64,000 nt of DNA from assembly GCA_964472565.1 (NCBI GenBank), contig CAYYNB010000010.1, forward strand, positions 253-64,252, written 5' to 3'. Under the pieces are notes generated by a model. The model was not told the origin of the DNA, made no database searches, and was given only the letters and a program-made list of their open reading frames with translations. The position numbers were made by a program, and so were the translations under genes. Of the stretch, positions 57,909 to 64,000 are shown piece after piece; position 1 is the stretch's first letter; each line of letters begins with the position of its first letter. This DNA is from an uncultured Anaerolineaceae bacterium. Lineage in GTDB: Bacteria; Chloroflexota; Anaerolineae; Aggregatilineales; Aggregatilineaceae.

Positions 57909-59840
57909 CTAGGGTTGGCTTTTGTGTTCCATTTCCTCAATCTGCCGCGCTACCTCTTCAATCGCCACCCGTTGTTTACGGTACAAATCCGACTCGCTCA
58001 TCGCGAGCCGCAGCGCCACATCGCGCACTTTTCGCCCCTGCAAAAAACGCATTTCAAGAATATTATACAAAATCCATTCCGATGTGGTCAGGCTGCGCTG
58101 TCCCTGGGGCTTCAGGTTTTCAATCGCTTGTGCCAGCACGGTTCGTAACGCGCGCACCGGATTCTGATCCGATGCCTCTTCCATCTCACGCCACACAATA
58201 TTCAGTTTCAGCAGTTCGCTGTCCGTCAGCTTTGGCCCCCCCCAATAATCCCGCAGCGCATCTTTCACAAAATCCGTAAAGTTCGGATTAGTCGTGACAT
58301 CGGCGGTGGGTTCTGGCAGCGCCGCTACATGCCCATACCGCGAGATACCCCGCAGTTGCTGCATCCGATCCATCTGTGAGGCTAACCCGTCCAGCACCAG
58401 AAAAACCTGTGCCTGCTGCTGGACATCTTCCAACACCTGGCCAGCTTGCGCCGTCAGTGTATGGAATCGTTCGTTTTCTTCCTCGTCCAGATTGGGTTCC
58501 GGGGCGCGCGCCCAGACGCCCAGCACACCGATCATTCGCCCTGAACTCTCGCCGTTCCCGCGCGTCGAGCGCAGCGGAACCAGCCAGTACGAGTGCCAGA
58601 TAAAAATATCGCCGACCTGTCTGATTTTATTATCTGTTTCCTCGCCGGTCCCGCCCAGTGCGCTCAGTTCGGGCGCTGTTAAGGCTTCGAGCGACGGCAC
58701 CAGCGAACCAACCACCTGCACCAGACTCGCGCCATCCGTCCCCATCCGCGCGACAAACGCGGTTGGCACGCGCATTTGATCGCAGATCGCCGCCAGGATC
58801 GACTCAAGAAGCTGAGCAGCATCAGCTTCGGTCAGCAGTCGCTCACTTAACTTCTGAATCCACTGGGCGCGCTGTTGATCGGTGGTGTAAACTAGCCAAC
58901 GTTCCAGCACCGGCAGCAGCGTTGTGATGCTCCATTGCAGCACCAGCAGCAGCGTAACCGCGACAAAAGGCATCAGGGCATCGCCGTCTAATCCCAGAAA
59001 GTTCGTCACGCGTGGCACGAAGATAATCACGGTTAGCACCACGCCCCCGGTCAGCGGGCCGCGCAGCATCATCTCTAGTAATCTGGCTTTGATCACCCGA
59101 TCTGGCTGTTCGGTGCCAAAAAATGACAGCGGATACGCCATAAAAATCACCATCAGCATGATGATCAGATTCGCCAGGTTCAGAATCAAATAGAGGGTAA
59201 CGGTAGGTTCACGCCCCAGCGGCAGCAGCAGCGAATAAGGAAAAATGCCATAGGCCGGGGTCAAAAAAACCGCCAGCAGATACGTCATCCTGCGGCGTGT
59301 ATACAAGGTCAGGCAGCGGCGGCGGGCGCGTATCACGTTAATCGTGGCAATCGACCCGTTGGTAATCAGATACGCCAGATACACCGGAAACGCCGCGCCC
59401 GGTCGCATCTGCGGCAGTATCCCTTTTTCAGGCCCGCTGATCACGGCATTGGTGAACAGGGCCAGCAGGGCAAACAACGCGCTGATCATGTAATTGATCC
59501 GCACGACTTTCGTTCGCCGCCCGCGTGAGGGTCGTCCTGTCGTGGCGAGCAGCGCATCAGAAAGGTGGAACAGCGCGGCGGGCACAAACGCGATCCCAAT
59601 CCACTGAAACCGGAGCCACACCGCGTAATAATCTTCGTTCGGGTCCAGCGCCAGGAACACTTCGGTCAGATACGCCACAATCACGCAGACCAGCACGACA
59701 GCAGAGGCCCGCGTAACCCGATCCTTGGTTCGGCGTGTCAGGTTATACAGCAGGATCGATACGGCGACAATGACAATGGTGGCAGTGAGGGTTTCATTTA
59801 GAAGTTCCAGGATAGTCAGAGCGAGGTCCGAGTCGATCAT
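57909..59840 (-). CDS. Membrane regulator: N-terminal 7-TM module, central GAF-like domain, C-terminal sigma70-region-4/LuxR-like HTH
   Basis: 643 aa. 7 hydrophobic helices in the first ~300 aa. The C-terminus is SEWILYNILEMRFLQGRKVRDVALRLAMSESDLYRKQRVAIEEVARQI. Confidence 0.5.
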   Translation of the reverse strand: MIDSDLALTILELLNETLTATIVIVAVSILLYNLTRRTKDRVTRASAVVLVCVIVAYLTEVFLALDPNEDYYAVWLRFQWIGIAFVPAALFHLSDALLATTGRPSRGRRTKVVRINYMISALFALLALFTNAVISGPEKGILPQMRPGAAFPVYLAYLITNGSIATINVIRARRRCLTLYTRRRMTYLLAVFLTPAYGIFPYSLLLPLGREPTVTLYLILNLANLIIMLMVIFMAYPLSFFGTEQPDRVIKARLLEMMLRGPLTGGVVLTVIIFVPRVTNFLGLDGDALMPFVAVTLLLVLQWSITTLLPVLERWLVYTTDQQRAQWIQKLSERLLTEADAAQLLESILAAICDQMRVPTAFVARMGTDGASLVQVVGSLVPSLEALTAPELSALGGTGEETDNKIRQVGDIFIWHSYWLVPLRSTRGNGESSGRMIGVLGVWARAPEPNLDEEENERFHTLTAQAGQVLEDVQQQAQVFLVLDGLASQMDRMQQLRGISRYGHVAALPEPTADVTTNPNFTDFVKDALRDYWGGPKLTDSELLKLNIVWREMEEASDQNPVRALRTVLAQAIENLKPQGQRSLTTSEWILYNILEMRFLQGRKVRDVALRLAMSESDLYRKQRVAIEEVARQIEEMEHKSQP

Positions 59841-59866
59841 AGTTACACGCTTTTATTGAAACATAA

Positions 59867-60430
59867 CTACACGCTTTTACTGAAAAACAGCGCAATATCC
59901 TGATTGCTGTAGTGATGATCGTTATATCCACAAAATACAAACCCGTGCTTTTTAGCAAAAGTAATCGCCGGGTAATTTTTCGTCTGCATTTCGAGGCTGA
60001 CCCGCTGAAGCTGGTGCAGCCGTGCCCATCGAAGCGCCTGATCCAACAGGGCGCTGCCAATTCGACGGCGGCGAAACGGTTGTCCAACCACCAGATCAGC
60101 GATCCAGCCCTGGTTCCCGTGGACCCGCATCTGGATATACCCCAATATAAGGTTATCCGCATCCACTGTCGCCACCAAAAAACAATCCCGGAACTTCCAG
60201 GACAGCGCTAATTCCTGGCTGTCACGCGGGTAGGGCACCTGCATCGCACGCGGCAGGCGCACCGTTCGGAACCGGATCGTAACATCCTCGCCATCTTCTC
60301 GTTCGTCCATCTGCCAGACATAATCCGACTCGTAACTGTGGTCGAGTTCCAGGCATAATTGGAGTTCTTTCTCTGAACTCAGCTCGCGTACAATAAACTG
60401 GCTGCGTTTTCGTGTCGTCATATTTTGCAT
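59867..60430 (-). CDS. GNAT-family N-acetyltransferase
   Basis: Start set at ATG 60430 (GGAGGA upstream). Acetyl-CoA motif A: VVGQPFRRRRIGSALLDQALRWA. Confidence 0.8.
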   Translation of the reverse strand: MQNMTTRKRSQFIVRELSSEKELQLCLELDHSYESDYVWQMDEREDGEDVTIRFRTVRLPRAMQVPYPRDSQELALSWKFRDCFLVATVDADNLILGYIQMRVHGNQGWIADLVVGQPFRRRRIGSALLDQALRWARLHQLQRVSLEMQTKNYPAITFAKKHGFVFCGYNDHHYSNQDIALFFSKSV

Positions 60431-60546
60431 TCTACCCCATCCTCCCCCTCCTGTCCTATTTGTGTAACCTTGCGTGTTCATGTACAATGCTTTCAGATTT
60501 ATCATAATGCACCTCAACTGCTACTTGAAGAGAAAGGCTAGACCTC

Positions 60547-61707
60547 ATGGGACGCCTTGTCGCACAATTTAAAATCATGGCTCGCCCCGTTATTAATTCC
60601 TTGTCTCCCTCACTATTCCGTCTGGGATTGGTTTTGTTGGGCGTATTGATCGGCTTGTTCTGGGGCTATCAGAATGTCAAATTCTACGATGGCTCGCCGG
60701 CACAGCTTGCCGAAGGTCATCAAGATGAGTGGATCAAAATGACCGCGACCCGGCTGTCCGAAAATCCCGCCCAGAATACCACCTGGGCCAAAGATCGCGT
60801 TCGTGAGGGCGGCATCACCATCGCCGATGTTGATCAATTGATCACCGATAATCCCAACGACGCGACCCTGGTTGCGCAGCTTACCACCCTGCGTCAGGTC
60901 ATCGCCTCCGACTCGGCGCTTCAGAAAGAGGCTGAAGACAACGCGAAAGAGTACGAACCCAGTACCCTCAGCAATATCTTAGGTCCCTTAACCTGCATTG
61001 GCGGCACCCTGATCATCGGCATCATCTTGGCCTTTATTTTTACGTTCTACTGGGCTGTCCCGGTGGGCAAATGGTCCAAGGGCGCAGGCGCTGCGCGCGC
61101 GGCAGCCACCTCTGGTGTCGCTTCCAGCACCCATGCCGCTCGTCAGGCCGCCCAGCGTGCCGTAGCCGACCAGAAAACCGACTTTGTAGCGGTAGGCGAA
61201 ACGCCGCCTGTCAGCCAATATATGTCCACCTACATTCTCGGTGACGATCTCTACGATGATTCGTTCAGCATCGAAACCGCCTCGGGTGAATTCCTGGGCG
61301 AATGCGGCTCTGGCATTTCCGAAACCATCGGCGTCGGCGATCCCAAAAAAGTTACCGCGACAGAAGTCTGGCTTTTCGATAAAAACGACATTCGCACCGT
61401 CACTAAAGTGCTTATGACCGAACACGCCTTTAACGATCAGGCCCTGCGTACCAAACTCGCGCCGAAAGGCGAAGCGGTTCTGGCGACGGCGGGCGGCGTG
61501 ACAATGCTCGAAACCCAGACCTTGCGCGTGCGCGTGCGCATCGTCGATCTTCAGTACGGCGAAGGTTCACTGCCGCCCAAGAGCTTCCTGGAACGCCTCA
61601 CCGTCGAAATCGCGGCATGGCCCAAAGAAGGTTCCGCCAGCGGCGGCGACGCTGGCAAACCGCAGTCTGCTGCGTTTGGCGACACCGCCGAACTCCTGAA
61701 CTACTAG
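60547..61707 (+). CDS. Hypothetical membrane protein (2 TM)
   Basis: 386 aa with no recognised motifs. Two hydrophobic segments (LGLVLLGVLIGLFWGY; IGGTLIIGIILAFIFTFYWAV). Confidence 0.5.
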   Translation: MGRLVAQFKIMARPVINSLSPSLFRLGLVLLGVLIGLFWGYQNVKFYDGSPAQLAEGHQDEWIKMTATRLSENPAQNTTWAKDRVREGGITIADVDQLITDNPNDATLVAQLTTLRQVIASDSALQKEAEDNAKEYEPSTLSNILGPLTCIGGTLIIGIILAFIFTFYWAVPVGKWSKGAGAARAAATSGVASSTHAARQAAQRAVADQKTDFVAVGETPPVSQYMSTYILGDDLYDDSFSIETASGEFLGECGSGISETIGVGDPKKVTATEVWLFDKNDIRTVTKVLMTEHAFNDQALRTKLAPKGEAVLATAGGVTMLETQTLRVRVRIVDLQYGEGSLPPKSFLERLTVEIAAWPKEGSASGGDAGKPQSAAFGDTAELLNY

Positions 61708-61715
61708 CCTTTAAC

Positions 61716-61750
61716 AAAGGAACCTGTCATGAGCAGGTTCCTTTCTTTAT
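61716..61750. terminator. Bidirectional rho-independent terminator
   Basis: AAAGGAACCTG-7 nt-CAGGTTCCTTT then CTTTAT, between convergent genes. Confidence 0.8.
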
Positions 61751-61774
61751 ACCCATAAGGTACGCACAATCCGA

Positions 61775-62257
61775 TCAGCGCGTAATGCTGACAATCTTAA
61801 CAACCCATTCCCCCCCCGGTGTTTCGACACGCACGGTTTCGCCCTTGCGATGCCCCATCAAAGCCGCGCCGATTGGGCTTTCATACGAAATCTTACCGTT
61901 TCGCGGGTCCGCTTCTGCCGCGCCCACAATCCGGTACGTTTCCGACTCTTCGCCTTCCGCCTTAATCGTGACCGTTGTTCCTACCTTGATCTCCTGCGGC
62001 GCTTTACTGCTCGACTCGTCGATCACTTTCGCGCTTCGTAAGAGGTTTTCCAGGTATTGGATCCGTCCTTCCAGAAACGCCTGCTGCTCTTTTGCATCAT
62101 GATAATCGGCGTTTTCTGATAGATCGCCCATGCTGATCGCCTCTTTTAAGCGATACGCCAGTTCTGGTCGCTTGACTTTAAGGAGGTGCTCAAGTTCAGC
62201 GCGGAGTTCCGCTGCACCATCTGCCGTCAAGAACTGTTCTTCTGCCATGTGCTTCAA
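61775..62257 (-). CDS. greA: Transcription elongation factor GreA
   Basis: 160 aa. LT..G...L..EL..L...RPE; DLSENADYHDAKEQQ; C-terminal ISYESPIGAALMGHRKGE. Confidence 0.95.
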   Translation of the reverse strand: MKHMAEEQFLTADGAAELRAELEHLLKVKRPELAYRLKEAISMGDLSENADYHDAKEQQAFLEGRIQYLENLLRSAKVIDESSSKAPQEIKVGTTVTIKAEGEESETYRIVGAAEADPRNGKISYESPIGAALMGHRKGETVRVETPGGEWVVKIVSITR

Positions 62258-62272
62258 CCCTCTCCATTTTCA

Positions 62273-63430
62273 TTAGGTTCGAGTGAACGGGTCAAATAGC
62301 CGTTCCCACTCTTGTAGTGCATAACGATCCGTCATCCCCGCAATATAATCGGTCACGCCCCGGTACAGGCCGCGTTGTTCGACGGCTTGTTGTACCGTTG
62401 GCGGCAGTTGGGCCGGTTCCGCCGTATAGGTGTTAAAAAGTTCCGTAATGAAGCGTTCGGCCTTCACCGCCATTCGGACTACGCGGTGGTGCCGGTAAAG
62501 TTCCCGGTACAAAAAATCCTTGTGTTCGCGGTTGATCTCGTTTAGTTCTGCCGAATGGCAAACCACGTTGTGCGGCAGCCGTTGTAAGGCATCCGCCGAT
62601 GGCAGATCGAGCTGTGCCAACTGATCTCCGGTGGCTCTGATCACATCATCAATTTCAATCCCGATCATCCGCCGGATAATCCGGTGCCGAATCTGCTCAT
62701 TAAACTGGTTGCCATCCCACCCAATGCTTTCTTTGAGCATCTGCCACAACTGCAAACGATCCAACTGGTGGGGTTCGATCAGTCCGGCGCGCAGCCCATC
62801 ATCCAGATCGTGCGCATTATACGCCAGTTCATCCGACACATTGGCGATCTGCGCCTCAATTGAGCCGCGTTTGTCGGGGTCAAACCCTTCCGAAATCGAA
62901 TCGCTCAGATCATATTCCGTTTCGTGCTTAACGATCCCCTCGCGTACCTCATACGTCAGATTCAGCCCGCGCCACTGAGGATAACGTGACTCCAACTCCG
63001 TGACAATGCGCAGCGACTGTTTGTTATGGTCAAATCCACCGTGATCCGCCATTAACTTATTCAGAATCGACTCGCCCGAATGACCAAACGGCGGGTGTCC
63101 CAAGTCATGGCTTAAACAGATCGCCTCCACCAGGTCCTCATTCGCACCGAGCGCCCGCGCCAGGCCGCGCCCAATCTGGGTGACTTCGAGGGTGTGCGTG
63201 AGGCGGGTTCGGTAGTAATCGCCTTCATAATTAATAAAAACCTGCGTTTTATATTCCAGCCGCCGAAACGCGGTCGTATGTAGAATCCGCTCCCGGTCCC
63301 GCTGAAAGGCCGTTCGGTATTCCCCTTCATCATCGGGATACACGCGTCCCAGGCTCTGCCCGCTTTTACTGGCATACGGCGCAAGCCGCTGCGCTTCGTC
63401 GTCTTCCATACTTTGTCGTGTAATGATCAT
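62273..63430 (-). CDS. dgt: dGTP triphosphohydrolase-like HD-domain protein
   Basis: FQRDRERILHTTAFRRLEYKTQVF; RLTHTLEV; HDLGHPPFGH. Confidence 0.9.
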   Translation of the reverse strand: MIITRQSMEDDEAQRLAPYASKSGQSLGRVYPDDEGEYRTAFQRDRERILHTTAFRRLEYKTQVFINYEGDYYRTRLTHTLEVTQIGRGLARALGANEDLVEAICLSHDLGHPPFGHSGESILNKLMADHGGFDHNKQSLRIVTELESRYPQWRGLNLTYEVREGIVKHETEYDLSDSISEGFDPDKRGSIEAQIANVSDELAYNAHDLDDGLRAGLIEPHQLDRLQLWQMLKESIGWDGNQFNEQIRHRIIRRMIGIEIDDVIRATGDQLAQLDLPSADALQRLPHNVVCHSAELNEINREHKDFLYRELYRHHRVVRMAVKAERFITELFNTYTAEPAQLPPTVQQAVEQRGLYRGVTDYIAGMTDRYALQEWERLFDPFTRT

Positions 63431-63486
63431 TGGTCCTCTACTCCCAGCAGCAAAAAGTTATTTAAAAGTATATCATCGTTAGTAAG

Positions 63487-63511
63487 CAAAAGGGGCACTC
63501 CCCGTGCCCCT
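63487..63511 (-). terminator. Rho-independent terminator of uvrB
   Basis: Minus-strand AGGGGCAC-gggga-GUGCCCCU followed by UUUU. Confidence 0.7.
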
Positions 63512-63543
63512 CTCGTGTGATGCCTTATGGACTATGTGATCGG

Positions 63544-64000
63544 CTAGGGGGGGGGGCGGGGCCGGGGCTGTGCGACCAGCCCAAAGCTGAGATCGCCATC
63601 CGACTCCTTCAACACCATAATCTGCCGCAGTTCGAGCAGTTGATCGCGCAGTGCCGCTGCTTTCTCGAATTCCAGCGCTTTTGCCGCTGCTTTCATCTCG
63701 TTTTCAATCGAATCAATCAACCGCTTCAATTCCGTCTTTGGCATTTCAGCCGGAGCCGCTGTTTTTTCCTCTTTCGGGCTGCCGCTGAGTTGCTGCTGCA
63801 TCCGCTGTGTCAGATCGCGGATCTCCTTCACGATGCTGGCCGGTTCGATGTGATGTTTCTCGTTGTACGCCTTCTGTACCGCGCGGCGGCGTTCTGTTTC
63901 GTCGATTGCACCCTTCATCGCATCCGTCATCTTATCCGCGTACATGATCACATGCCCGTTGATATGCCGTGCGGCGCGTCCAATGTTCTGGATCAGCGCC
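63544..64000 (-). CDS. uvrB: Excinuclease ABC subunit B, C-terminal part (5' end outside the window)
   Basis: LIQNIGRAARHINGHVIMYADKMTDAM... and the UVR domain LEFEKAAALRDQLLELRQ. The frame is open to position 64000. Confidence 0.9.
   Translation of the reverse strand, partial: ALIQNIGRAARHINGHVIMYADKMTDAMKGAIDETERRRAVQKAYNEKHHIEPASIVKEIRDLTQRMQQQLSGSPKEEKTAAPAEMPKTELKRLIDSIENEMKAAAKALEFEKAAALRDQLLELRQIMVLKESDGDLSFGLVAQPRPRPPP

Overview
A 64-kb bacterial chromosomal window, about 55% GC by eye and densely coding. The gene content and multi-domain proteins suggest a Chloroflexota/Anaerolineae-like organism, but this is a low-confidence inference. Most of the window is housekeeping: ilvE, acs, rpoD, tRNA-Cys, a P-type ATPase, aspartate kinase, a DEAD-box helicase, ppk1, comEC, cmk, greA, a dGTPase-like gene and part of uvrB. 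Four parts deserve a second look. (1) 0.7-6.7 kb holds a LysR regulator next to an exported 11-haem cytochrome c. The cytochrome is split by a single in-frame UGA followed by a hairpin, and is followed by a secreted protein built from four catalytic rhodanese domains. (2) 22.7-22.85 kb holds a Thr/Met-rich leader peptide plus terminator in front of aspartate kinase, which looks like a thr-type attenuator. (3) 25.9-41.1 kb is an accessory region. A tyrosine recombinase is followed by a 5' fragment, an intact copy and a 3' fragment of comM/yifB. The two fragments break at the same codon and lie 12.6 kb apart. Between them are IS982-like wreckage, a complete five-gene corrinoid methyltransferase cassette flanked by inverted IS ends, a MerR-aldo/keto reductase pair and a GC-rich membrane/HTH gene. 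(4) 48-60 kb holds two secreted proteins made only of 7 and 4 PPC-type repeat modules, a cNMP-binding-domain::aspartase fusion and a 7TM-GAF-HTH membrane regulator. No CRISPR array, rRNA or obvious prophage structural genes were seen. All family assignments come from reading motifs in the translations; no database search was possible.
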